From positions 1 through 38,283 of the forward strand of contig JAYUVP010000064.1 in assembly GCA_043753995.1 (NCBI GenBank): a stretch of DNA of 38,283 bases, given 5' to 3'. Positions 1 through 8,422 of this stretch are shown piece by piece. Source of the DNA: Fibrobacterota bacterium (GTDB lineage: Bacteria; Fibrobacterota; Fibrobacteria; UBA11236). Each line of letters opens with the position of its first letter. The first letter of the stretch is position 1. Position numbers and translations under genes: made by a program. The notes below the pieces were generated by a model. It did no database searches and was not told where the DNA came from. It saw only the letters and a program-made list of their open reading frames with translations.

Positions 1-217
1 TATCGCCTGTTTCCATCAGCGTCTTGATAGAATCTGGGAGCTCCTCATTCATTACGATTGAATCGTCAGTATCGAATCCCAAACCACCGGATTCTTCGGA
101 TGCTCTGATAAAATTCGACCGCAAGGCATCATTTGAAAAGCTCAAGGTATGGGCGAAAAACAGGATCGACGCGATGAGCGCAAATCTTTTTGGATTTCCA
201 TTCACGTGAATAGGCAT
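1..217 (-). CDS. Partial CDS running off the left edge; probable secreted protein of unknown function
   Basis: Hand translation from ATG at 217 gives MPIHVNGNPKRFALIASILFFAHTLSFSNDALRSNFIRASEESGGLGFDTDDSIVMNEELPDSIKTLMETGD, open to the edge. GGAGAGG SD-like sequence just upstream; basic then hydrophobic signal-peptide-like N-terminus. Not in the ORF track. Confidence 0.65.
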   Translation of the reverse strand, partial: MPIHVNGNPKRFALIASILFFAHTLSFSNDALRSNFIRASEESGGLGFDTDDSIVMNEELPDSIKTLMETGD

Positions 218-261
218 ACCTCTCCCCAGTGGTTTTGGTATCGCAGGACCAGAAACTATAC

Positions 262-427
262 TAGAGCCGGCCTCAAAACTCAATTGTCGCACCAAGCCCG
301 AGCGAGAGCGAGTCCAGCGCGAAGCCCGAAACAGCGATATTGGCTCGAAATATCGCGATGGCGGGCGACAAAGCTGGGCGAAGTTCGCAGCCGCGCGGTT
401 GCAAAAGGAGTTTTTAGACCGGCTCTA
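262..427. mobile_element. MITE/REP-like non-autonomous element with 20-bp terminal inverted repeats and internal nested palindromes
   Basis: TAGAGCCGGCCTCAAAACTC (262-281) versus the reverse complement of 408-427 (TAGAGCCGGTCTAAAAACTC) matches 18/20. Internal pairs CCAGC/GCTGG, GCCCG/CGGGC and GCGATATT/AATATCGC give one long hairpin. No credible ORF. Confidence 0.7.
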
Positions 428-549
428 ATGGTTCCCCCAAAAAAAGCTGGACGATTAATGAAAAGGCTCGGAACGAAAGCCGCTTGAGATCAAAAGTAAC
501 GCGCACGGCCTCGGCATGCCCGGAAGCACCTGAACAAACTGGTTCATTT
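428..549 (-). pseudogene. msrA: Internal fragment of peptide methionine sulfoxide reductase MsrA, frameshifted and truncated
   Basis: NEPVCSGASGHAEAVRVTFDLKRLSF matches the MsrA motif YxxVCSGxTGHAEAVxVxFDPxxIS. After a frame change it reads FFWGNH (MsrA FFWxxHDPT) and ends at the inverted repeat. The catalytic GCFW N-terminus is absent. Confidence 0.75.
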
Positions 550-1114
550 ACCCACGCTCCACAACCGCCTTCGACATGTCGTGAAATAGGGCTTCCAAGT
601 CGTCGATGGATGGCCGCTTGCGCAAATTCCCATACCAATTGAACAGCTCCATGAAGGCGCCACCCAGAAAGTGTGCTCCCGCTTCCAGCCAATGGCCCTT
701 CAGGCCCTGTTCAACCAGGCATTCGCGGGCCAGTTCCGAGGCGAGTTGGCGGAATCTCGCTTGGATAATGGCTCCTGACTTGTTTGACTGCATCACGCGA
801 AACATGTCTTCGTTCATTGAAGCATGGTCCAAAATGCCACGGGCGAACCATAAGGCAGGCGCTCCCGGCCGCTTGGCATAATTGGATCGGATATAGTCGC
901 CGAGATCGGAAAGACCCCCGACCAAAAGGCCTTCCTTGTCCACATAGTGATTGTAAAAGGTCGAGCGCCCCACATTGGCCAGGTCGCATATATCTTGAAC
1001 ACGGATTTGATCCCAGTCGCGATCCTTCAATAACTGCATAAAAGCATGTCTCAAGGTCTCGCGCGTCCTTTGGATGCGTCGATCGAATATCGCTTCGGTT
1101 TTTTTTGTGGCCAT
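548..1114 (-). CDS. TetR/AcrR family transcriptional regulator
   Basis: N-terminal DRRIQRTR...IRVQDICDLANVGRSTFYNHYVDKEGLL TetR helix-turn-helix; 188 aa; divergent from a transporter operon. Confidence 0.95.
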   Translation of the reverse strand: MATKKTEAIFDRRIQRTRETLRHAFMQLLKDRDWDQIRVQDICDLANVGRSTFYNHYVDKEGLLVGGLSDLGDYIRSNYAKRPGAPALWFARGILDHASMNEDMFRVMQSNKSGAIIQARFRQLASELARECLVEQGLKGHWLEAGAHFLGGAFMELFNWYGNLRKRPSIDDLEALFHDMSKAVVERG

Positions 1115-1231
1115 AGTTTTAAAAGTATTGCGGTGGATAGGGTTGTATTTCTGAACGGATGCCTTTTTTCGTCCAGTATCGCACGCTTTCCCTTACTCCG
1201 TCGTTTGGGTGAATGCGAAATGGACATGATA

Positions 1232-1265
1232 TTGTACACGTATCCAATAACGGACGGGCGTACAA
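1232..1265. promoter_or_regulatory. Candidate TetR operator (imperfect inverted repeat)
   Basis: TTGTACACGTATCC-N6-GGACGGGCGTACAA has 10/14 complementary arms and ends directly before the ATG at 1266, in the tetR/ABC divergent intergenic region. Confidence 0.4.
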
Positions 1266-1976
1266 ATGATCGAAATCAACGGATTGGGCAGGGCTTATCG
1301 CGCGGGTACCGGCGAATTCTTTGCCTTGAAAGACATCCACTTGCGCATTGCCACCGGTAGCTTCGTAGCGGTGGTGGGTAAATCGGGGAGCGGCAAGTCG
1401 ACGCTCGCTAACCTGATCACCGGCATTGACCGTCCCACCCAGGGGTCGATTCGAGTGGATGGCATAGAAATCGGAGCCTTGGACGAGAATGGTCTGGCTC
1501 GATGGCGGGGGCGGCAGGTGGGCGTGGTTTTTCAGTCCTTCCAGCTGCTTCCGACCTTGACTGTGCTAGAAAATGTGATGCTCCCCATGGATTTCGCGGG
1601 TGTGGCGCAGGCCCCAGCCAAGGTGAAAGCCATGGATTTGCTGAGGCAAGTCGGGATTTCGGAGCAAGCCGGAAAGCTGCCTCTGGCCTTGTCGGGCGGA
1701 CAACAGCAACGCGCGGCCATCGCGCGCGCCTTGGCCAATGATCCGACCCTTCTCGTTGCCGATGAGCCCACGGGCAATCTCGATTCTAGGACGGCAGACG
1801 AGGTGCTGAGCATTTTCACTGCCTTTGCCGACGCAGGCAAGACCATAGTCTTGGTGACGCATGAACGGGATTTGAGCGAACGTGTCGATCGGGTGCTGAC
1901 CTTGTGTGATGGACGTATCGAAAGCGATATGCCAGGCGGTCGCGCTGCGCTACGAAAGCAGGCGGTCCATGCTTGA
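1266..1976 (+). CDS. ABC transporter ATP-binding protein (LolD/MacB-like)
   Basis: Walker A GKSGSGKST, signature LSGGQQQR, Walker B/D-loop LLVADEPTGNLD, H-loop VTHE. Confidence 0.96.
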   Translation: MIEINGLGRAYRAGTGEFFALKDIHLRIATGSFVAVVGKSGSGKSTLANLITGIDRPTQGSIRVDGIEIGALDENGLARWRGRQVGVVFQSFQLLPTLTVLENVMLPMDFAGVAQAPAKVKAMDLLRQVGISEQAGKLPLALSGGQQQRAAIARALANDPTLLVADEPTGNLDSRTADEVLSIFTAFADAGKTIVLVTHERDLSERVDRVLTLCDGRIESDMPGGRAALRKQAVHA

Positions 1977-2463
1977 GCGCGGCATTTCCTTTTCTCTAGC
2001 GGTGAATTTGGCGGCCATTCTTACCGTGATTTCATCAGTAGTTGCCGCCCAGGAAACGACGACGACTCTGGTGGTCCAATTGTCGGGATTCGCCGACGAC
2101 CAGGGCAAGGCGATTCTGCGTATTCATGACTCGACGGAATCGGTGGTTAAGGATTCGGCCCGCATCCAGATGCTTTCGGATATCCATGAGGGAAAGGCGG
2201 ATATCATCGTGAAGGATTTCAAAGTCGGGAAATGGGCACTAGTGGGTCACCACGATCGCAATCGGAACGGAAAGGTCGATCATGGGTGGAATCGTTTTCC
2301 AATGGAGCGCATGGCCTTCAGCCATGATTTCCGGCCGGGAATTGCGGCGGGTTTCCCGACTTTCGAGAAGCTTGCCGTGCAATTGAATGCGCCTTCCGAC
2401 ACGATTCGCTTGGTTGTGAAAGACGTGAATGCCGCAAGTTTTTTCACCAGGAGCCGGAAATGA
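1969..2463 (+). CDS. Secreted DUF2141-like protein
   Basis: Probable start ATG 1969 overlapping the upstream gene; signal peptide ending VVAAQ; motif GKWALVGHHDRNRNGKVD...PMERMAFSHD...PTFE resembles DUF2141 (GxYAxxxxHDxNxNGKLD...PxExxGFSN). Confidence 0.75.
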   Translation: MLERGISFSLAVNLAAILTVISSVVAAQETTTTLVVQLSGFADDQGKAILRIHDSTESVVKDSARIQMLSDIHEGKADIIVKDFKVGKWALVGHHDRNRNGKVDHGWNRFPMERMAFSHDFRPGIAAGFPTFEKLAVQLNAPSDTIRLVVKDVNAASFFTRSRK

Positions 2464-4844
2464 ACTGGAGCAACCTTCCCCCCCGATGGATGAAATTGCT
2501 GCGAGATGCGTGGCTCGAAAAGGAGAGGGTCCTACTCATGTGCTCGGCCTTGGTTGCGAGCCTATTCGCCATCGCAACCATACTCGGGGCATGGCAAATT
2601 TTGCGGCGTGAAATCAAGGTGAATTACCTCTCGACCCGCCCGGCCATGGCCACGTTAGAAGTCGCGCAAGGCCTGAATGACAGCCTCGTCCGATGGGTCA
2701 GGAATCGCCCCGATGTTGCGGAAGCGGAAGCCCATGATGTGCTGCAGGGTCGCGTGAAGGTGGGCGACAATTGGCTGCCCTTGCTCTTTTTCGTCAGCGA
2801 TTCGATGAATGATTTGAGATTGAACCGTTACTTTACAAACAAAGGTATGTGGCCTGCTCCCACGGGAACCCTTCTGCTGGAACGCACGGCTTTGCCGGTG
2901 CTTGAAACTGAAATCGGAAGCGAAATACTTATCAAATTGCCGAATATTCCCGGGCGAACGGTGCGCGTCGCCGGAACGACCCACGATCCGGGACTGTCGC
3001 CAGCCTATCAGGAGCGCATGGGTTATGCCTATGTGAGCACAGCCACCTTGCGGGCCATGGGAGAGGACCCAAGCCTGCGAGAACTGCGCGTCTTGTTTCG
3101 CCTGGATCGACCCAGCATGCAAGAGGTGAAGCACCGCGCCGAAGCTCTGGCAACCGACCTTGGCATGGCCGGGGTGGTGGTACGTGAAATCCGGGTTCCA
3201 CCCTTCGAAAAGCATCCGCACCAAATTCAGATGGAGACGGTCTTGCTCATGCTTTTGCTTTTCGGAGTCCTGGCCCTGATTTTGAGTGGCGTTCTAGTTG
3301 CCACGACTCTCTCGGCCTGGCTGGCGCGGCAGACACGAGAGTTGGCGATCCTGAAAACCGTGGGAGCCGGTTCCACTCAGATTGCGGTGATCTATATGGC
3401 CTTTGTCGCTGGGGTAGGGGCTTTGTCATGTGCCATGGCGTGGCCGCTCGGTGTCGCGGCGGCAAAAATATTCAGTGCCCAAATAGCCAATATGCTGAAC
3501 TTCACCTTAACCGACACCAGCCTTCCCTGGAGCCATTTGGCGATCTTAGCCGCTGTAGGTATCGCGGTGCCGGTTCTGTTTGCCTGGTTTCCCATTCGTA
3601 TTGCGACTCGCGTCACAGTTCGTGAATCATTGGACGATTGGGGCGCGCGGGTTTCCGTCGAGGGCTCCTGGTTGGCGCGGGCGCCGCGCGTGATGCGCGA
3701 ATTGCTGCGAAGACCACGGCGGCTTGCGCTTTCCTTGCTGCTACTTGGCTTCAGCGGCGCCATCTTCCTGACCACGCTTAATGTGCGCGATGGATGGACG
3801 GCCAATCTCGACAAGGTCTGGAAGACGCGCCACTACGACGTGGAGGTGCGGTTCCGCGTTGCCCAAGCCGATTCCCTGCTTCGGGAGCTCGCGCAAGTCC
3901 CGGGTATTGCTTCGGTTGAGCCCTGGAGTTGGACTCCGGCCAGCCTTTCGCAACCCGGCAAAATAGACATGGTGCAAGTTTGGCCCGACAAGGGGCATGG
4001 CAGCATGTCACTCATGGGCCTGCCTACAGCCACCAAGCTGGTTTCCTTCCCCATCATGGCTGGCCGTTGGTTACACGAAACCGATTCTGCCGGAGCCATG
4101 ATGAATCACATTGCCTGGACCCAGGCGGGCAAACCCGCCGTTGGCAGCGTCGTCTTCGTCGGCGTCGACGGAGAAATCCTGACACTTAAGCTGGTGGGTG
4201 TCGTGGAAGAGGCGGGTTCACCGGGTATCGTCTATGTGACCCGTGGCGCATACTCTGATTTTTTAGCAACCCATGGCGCGTCGAGAATGATTCGTGTCCA
4301 AACCGAGGCGAGGACGCCCCAACAAAGAACCGCTATTCTGCAAAATCTGGAGCGGGCCATGGAAGCTCGCGGGCTTCCCGTCCAAATGGCAATTCCGTTT
4401 TCAGAACTCAAGACGGCGATTGGAGATCACATGAAGGTATTGATTGGGGCGCTGTTCGCCCTGTCGGCCGTGATTGCTCTTGTTGGAATGCTCGGGCTGG
4501 CTTCGGTGACGGGCATGGGGGTTTTGGAAAGAACACGCGAATTCGGTGTTATGAAAACCTTGGGCGCCACTCCCGATAAAATTTTAGGTAGGGTTGTTCT
4601 AGAAGTCGTGACAATTGGAATCTCAAGCTGGGTCCTTGCCTGCTTGCTGGCTTGGCCTTTGACCGCAATTTTGGGCAGGGTGATCGGAGGTTTGGGATTT
4701 CTAGCGCCTCTACCGATGGTCTTTCACCCCATCGGGCCAGTACTTTGGCTGCTCGCAGCCGGAGCGATTTCCCTGATATCGGCCTGGATTCCCGCTCGAC
4801 GCGCGGGAAAGATCAGCGTCTGCGAAGCGCTGGCTCAGGTGTGA
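2460..4844 (+). CDS. ABC transporter permease, FtsX/MacB-like with duplicated periplasmic plus TM modules
   Basis: 794 aa; two FtsX motifs (RQTRELAILKTVGA, ERTREFGVMKTLGA); multiple TM segments; ATGA overlap with the previous gene. Confidence 0.92.
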   Translation: MNWSNLPPRWMKLLRDAWLEKERVLLMCSALVASLFAIATILGAWQILRREIKVNYLSTRPAMATLEVAQGLNDSLVRWVRNRPDVAEAEAHDVLQGRVKVGDNWLPLLFFVSDSMNDLRLNRYFTNKGMWPAPTGTLLLERTALPVLETEIGSEILIKLPNIPGRTVRVAGTTHDPGLSPAYQERMGYAYVSTATLRAMGEDPSLRELRVLFRLDRPSMQEVKHRAEALATDLGMAGVVVREIRVPPFEKHPHQIQMETVLLMLLLFGVLALILSGVLVATTLSAWLARQTRELAILKTVGAGSTQIAVIYMAFVAGVGALSCAMAWPLGVAAAKIFSAQIANMLNFTLTDTSLPWSHLAILAAVGIAVPVLFAWFPIRIATRVTVRESLDDWGARVSVEGSWLARAPRVMRELLRRPRRLALSLLLLGFSGAIFLTTLNVRDGWTANLDKVWKTRHYDVEVRFRVAQADSLLRELAQVPGIASVEPWSWTPASLSQPGKIDMVQVWPDKGHGSMSLMGLPTATKLVSFPIMAGRWLHETDSAGAMMNHIAWTQAGKPAVGSVVFVGVDGEILTLKLVGVVEEAGSPGIVYVTRGAYSDFLATHGASRMIRVQTEARTPQQRTAILQNLERAMEARGLPVQMAIPFSELKTAIGDHMKVLIGALFALSAVIALVGMLGLASVTGMGVLERTREFGVMKTLGATPDKILGRVVLEVVTIGISSWVLACLLAWPLTAILGRVIGGLGFLAPLPMVFHPIGPVLWLLAAGAISLISAWIPARRAGKISVCEALAQV

Positions 4845-4945
4845 TTTCCCTTTCGCCGACGGAACCGTCGAAGGTGCTCAAGACTAATGGGTAAGGGATT
4901 TCGAAAAATCTAGCGGCCTTGTGATGGGGGCCTTCTCAAATAATT

Positions 4946-5022
4946 TGGTCGGGATGGCGGGATTCGAACCCACGACCCCTTGCTCCCGAAGCAAGTGCTC
5001 TACCAGGCTGAGCCACATCCCG
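4946..5022 (-). tRNA. tRNA-Pro(CGG)
   Basis: CGGGATG acceptor stem, anticodon arm CTTGC-TTCGGGA-GCAAG, GTTCGAATC T-loop, encoded CCA; 77 nt. Confidence 0.97.
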
Positions 5023-5040
5023 CCGACCTTGGGAGGGGCA

Positions 5041-5069
5041 AACTTAGGCAAATAAAAAAGCCCCGGCAA
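5041..5069 (-). promoter_or_regulatory. Putative sigma70 promoter of tRNA-Pro
   Basis: TTGCCG-17 nt-TAAGTT followed by a GC-rich discriminator-like TGCCCCTCCC; overlaps the amtB terminator. Confidence 0.5.
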
Positions 5070-5079
5070 ATGCCGGGGC
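5054..5079 (-). terminator. Rho-independent terminator of amtB
   Basis: GCCCCGGCA-TT-TGCCGGGGC inverted repeat followed by TTTTTT on the minus strand, about 25 nt after the stop codon. Confidence 0.85.
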
Positions 5080-5103
5080 CCTTCTAAGGAGATAGCGAGC
5101 CAG

Positions 5104-6606
5104 TTAGGCTTCGTCGTAATGATATCCGGCTTCGCCGTGGTCGACATAGTCCAAGCCCTGGAGTTCTTCGTCATTGGCAGGGCGGAGGCCGACGATGGCC
5201 TTGACGACATAGGCCAGGACAACCGTACCCACAACGGCGATGGCAATGGTGAGGCCCATGGCCTTGAGTTGTTCAATCCACAGGGTGTGACCGACGATGT
5301 CTTTCAAATTCAGATTCAAGTTGCTGTTGACATCCGCTGTGGCCAAGAAACCGGTGAGCAAGGCGCCCATGGTTCCACCCACGCCGTGCACGCCGAAAGT
5401 ATCCAGTGCATCGTCATACTTGAGCCAGGCTTTGAGCTTGGTGCAAGCGAGGAAGGGGATGATGCCGGCGGCCACACCGATAATGATGGCGCCAGTGGCA
5501 TTGACAAAGCCCGTGGCAGGCGTGATAACGACGAGACCCGCGACCGCGCCAGAGCAAAAGCCGAGCACGGTGGGCTTGCCGCGGAATACCCATTCCAGCA
5601 TAGGCCAGACAAAGGCGGCGACAGCAGTAGCCAAGGTGGTCGTCATGAAGGCATTGGATGCGACGCCATCGGCGGCGACGGCGGAACCGGCATTAAAGCC
5701 ATACCAGCCCACCCACAGCATTCCTGTACCAATCATGGTCATTACCAAGCTATGCGGAGCGAAGTTCTTGGTGCCAAAGCCGACGCGTTTGCCGAGGATT
5801 AGGCAAAGCACCAAGGCTGACCAACCCGAGCTCATATGCACCACGGTGCCACCGGCAAAATCAATCGCCTTAATGGTGGCATTGGCATTCCAAACACCGT
5901 TCATGAAGCCGTCCACGCCCCAGACCATATGCGCCAGGGGGAAGTAAACGATGAGCATCCAGCCAAAGATGAAAAGCAAGATGGCGCTGAATTTCATGCG
6001 CTCGGCAATCGCACCGACAATCAAGGCGGGAGTGATGATGGCGAACATCAACTGATACATGGCGAAGACATTCTCAGAAACCCAATAGGCATAATTCGTA
6101 TTGGGGGCTGAGGTCACGCCCGCCAAAAAGGCGCGCTTGAGACTTCCCAGGAAGGGGGTACCGGTCTCGAAGGCAAAGCTATAGCCGAAAGCCCACCAAA
6201 GAATGGCGACCATGCCGGCAACTCCAAAGCATTGTGCGACCACGGAGAGCACATTCTTGGTGCGCACCAAGCCGCCATAGAAAAGGGCTAAGCCCGGCAA
6301 GGTCATGAAAAGCACCAAGGCGGCGCAGACCATGAGGAATCCATTATGGCCGGGACCAGGGATGCCGGTGAGTTTAGCTGGTGCCGTATTGTTCATATAG
6401 GCTTCAAGATCCGCGACCCGTTGAATGAGGGCGGAATCCACGGCGGGAGCCGCAGCCGTTTCCACAGCAGCAGGTGCAGCAGCGACCGCGGTGTCGGCGG
6501 GTGCGGCAGCTGGGTTTTGGGCCAAAGCCGTGGGGGCAAAGGCCAGCCAAAGGGCCGAGGCAAATGCCGCGGCTAATCCAATCAACGGTTTCCGGGTAGG
6601 TGTCAT
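5104..6606 (-). CDS. amtB: Ammonium transporter (Amt family)
   Basis: PGLALFYGG, AIAERMKF, DFAGGTVVH, LWVGWYGFNAGS, DDALDTFGVHG; twin-His intact. Start moved to ATG 6606 (signal peptide MTPTRKP...ALA) because the longer ORF runs through the promoter. Confidence 0.97.
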   Translation of the reverse strand: MTPTRKPLIGLAAAFASALWLAFAPTALAQNPAAAPADTAVAAAPAAVETAAAPAVDSALIQRVADLEAYMNNTAPAKLTGIPGPGHNGFLMVCAALVLFMTLPGLALFYGGLVRTKNVLSVVAQCFGVAGMVAILWWAFGYSFAFETGTPFLGSLKRAFLAGVTSAPNTNYAYWVSENVFAMYQLMFAIITPALIVGAIAERMKFSAILLFIFGWMLIVYFPLAHMVWGVDGFMNGVWNANATIKAIDFAGGTVVHMSSGWSALVLCLILGKRVGFGTKNFAPHSLVMTMIGTGMLWVGWYGFNAGSAVAADGVASNAFMTTTLATAVAAFVWPMLEWVFRGKPTVLGFCSGAVAGLVVITPATGFVNATGAIIIGVAAGIIPFLACTKLKAWLKYDDALDTFGVHGVGGTMGALLTGFLATADVNSNLNLNLKDIVGHTLWIEQLKAMGLTIAIAVVGTVVLAYVVKAIVGLRPANDEELQGLDYVDHGEAGYHYDEA

Positions 6607-6695
6607 AAAATTCCTCGGCTTTCTGATTTTCCCGATTTGTCCACCTTTGTCAAATCCCTGCGGATTTGCATCGGCTATCAATCGGATCCAGGGAA

Positions 6696-6711
6696 AGCAT
6701 TGACCATGCCA
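6696..6711 (-). promoter_or_regulatory. sigma54 (-24/-12) promoter of amtB
   Basis: TGGCATGGTCAATGCT: GG-N10-GC with TGGCA and TGCT context, 90 nt upstream of the ATG. Confidence 0.75.
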
Positions 6712-6915
6712 ATTGATTTCCATTACAAACGACTCCAATTTGCCGAATTTTACATTTCAAATGTGACAAAAATATGACATTAGTAGGCTTGGTGGCCATT
6801 AAATGACAGTTGTCAACAATGTGCCAGGGCGGGAGGATGGGTAAGAAGTCAGGTTTGCAGCACCAACCCATCCGGTTTGGTCTTGCCTCTTACAATCAAA
6901 GGCAGAGCAATGATC

Positions 6916-7620
6916 TTAAAACGCTAAATGTTTCTTTATGCTTTCCTCGGTGAGCTGGCTAATATCACCCCCCATAACCATACTGCCTCTTTCCATGATA
7001 TAAAAGTCATCACCGAGTCTGCGTGCGAAGTCCAGGTATTGCTCCACCAGAAGAATGGCCATTTTACCGGATGACTTGAGCTGGGTTAAAACAGCCTCGA
7101 TATCCTGAATGATGGATGGCTGTATGCCTTCGGTGGGTTCATCCAGCAATAAAACCTTGGGATTCCCGATGAGGGCGCGAGCAATGGCCAATTGCTGTTG
7201 CTGGCCGCCGCTGAGATTGCCACCCAGGCGCTTTTCCATTTTCGCGAGAAAAGGGAATAAGGCATAGACTTCGTCCTTGGGGACTTTTTTGAGGCCATCG
7301 GTGCGCGCCTCCAGACCCAAAATCAAATTCTCTTCTATAGTCAACTTGGGAAAAATTTCACGCCCTTGGGGTACATAGGCGATACCCAGTTTAGCGCGCT
7401 TTTCCGGGCCCTGGGAATGGATGTTTTTCCCATCCAATCGCACTTCGCCAGTGCGGGCCGGCAGGAGCCCAATCAAGGATTTGAGCAAGGTGGTTTTACC
7501 GACACCATTGCGGCCCATCAAGGCCGTAATGCGACCTGGTTGAAGGGTTATCGACACATCGCGCAGGATGCGGCTTTCCCCGTAAAACACGTTCAGATTG
7601 ACGGTCTCAAGCATGCGCAT
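6916..7620 (-). CDS. urtE: Urea ABC transporter ATP-binding subunit
   Basis: GRNGVGKTT, VPQGREIFP, LSGGQQQQLAIARAL, LDEPTEGIQPSII; last gene of the urt operon. Confidence 0.95.
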   Translation of the reverse strand: MRMLETVNLNVFYGESRILRDVSITLQPGRITALMGRNGVGKTTLLKSLIGLLPARTGEVRLDGKNIHSQGPEKRAKLGIAYVPQGREIFPKLTIEENLILGLEARTDGLKKVPKDEVYALFPFLAKMEKRLGGNLSGGQQQQLAIARALIGNPKVLLLDEPTEGIQPSIIQDIEAVLTQLKSSGKMAILLVEQYLDFARRLGDDFYIMERGSMVMGGDISQLTEESIKKHLAF

Positions 7621-8422
7621 TGGCTCCGTTGGCGGCTTTGGTTGCGGCCTCGGCGGCGGCGGTTTCGGCTTTTTGCGCGGACTTCGCGCGTCCTAAATAT
7701 TGTTCAATCACCTTGGGATCGTTCTGCACCTTTTCCATGCTGCCCTCGGTGAGCACGCGTCCTTCGCAAAGCACGGTGACGGTTCGAGCCAATTGCTTCA
7801 CGAATTCCATGTCATGCTCAATCACGATGATGGAGCGGTGCTTGGACATTTCCAACAATAATTCCCCGGTCTTGGCGGTTTCTTCATCCGACATGCCCGC
7901 AGCGGGTTCGTCGATGAGGAGTAAGCGCGGGTCTTGGACGATAAGCATGCCGATTTCAAGCCATTGCTTTTGGCCATGGGATAAGAAGGCAGCTTGCTGA
8001 TGCAAATGGGAGGTCAAGCCTATGGTTTCTGCCGCGCGATGAATGTCTGCTTTGATTTGAGGCGAAAGACGCTGAAACAAGGAAGTGAAAACACCACGTC
8101 CAGTACGATGTGCTAGGCGCAAATTGTCGAAGACATTGAGACTGGGAAAAACCGTGGGCGTCTGAAATTTGCGGCCTACTCCGGCTTCGACGATTTCTTT
8201 TTCGTCCATGCGGGTGAGATCGCGCCCATCCATTTCCGCCTTGCCCGTATCCGGTTTGGTCTTGCCGCAAAGCACGTCCATGAAGGTGGTTTTGCCGGCG
8301 CCATTGGGCCCGATGACCACGCGCAATTCATTTTCCGCGAGACTGAAATAGTCGACATCGAGGGCTTTGAAGCCGTCGAAAGAAACCGAAAGGGTTTCAA
8401 CATGCAAGAGTTCCTTGCTCAT
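7607..8422 (-). CDS. urtD: Urea ABC transporter ATP-binding subunit
   Basis: VSFDGFKAL, GPNGAGKTT, GRKFQTPTVF, LSHGQKQWLEIGM, IEHDMEFV. Confidence 0.95.
   Translation of the reverse strand: MSKELLHVETLSVSFDGFKALDVDYFSLAENELRVVIGPNGAGKTTFMDVLCGKTKPDTGKAEMDGRDLTRMDEKEIVEAGVGRKFQTPTVFPSLNVFDNLRLAHRTGRGVFTSLFQRLSPQIKADIHRAAETIGLTSHLHQQAAFLSHGQKQWLEIGMLIVQDPRLLLIDEPAAGMSDEETAKTGELLLEMSKHRSIIVIEHDMEFVKQLARTVTVLCEGRVLTEGSMEKVQNDPKVIEQYLGRAKSAQKAETAAAEAATKAANGANAHA

Noticed and set aside
24..487. Plus-strand ORFs 24-209 and 149-487
   Set aside because: Antisense to the better-supported minus-strand CDS, or running through the hairpin element; no recognisable motifs.
4884..5276. 130-aa minus-strand ORF
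   Set aside because: Overlaps the amtB 3' end out of frame, the terminator and tRNA-Pro.
6607..6738. N-terminal extension of the amtB ORF
   Set aside because: Spans the sigma54 promoter; the signal peptide begins at ATG 6606.
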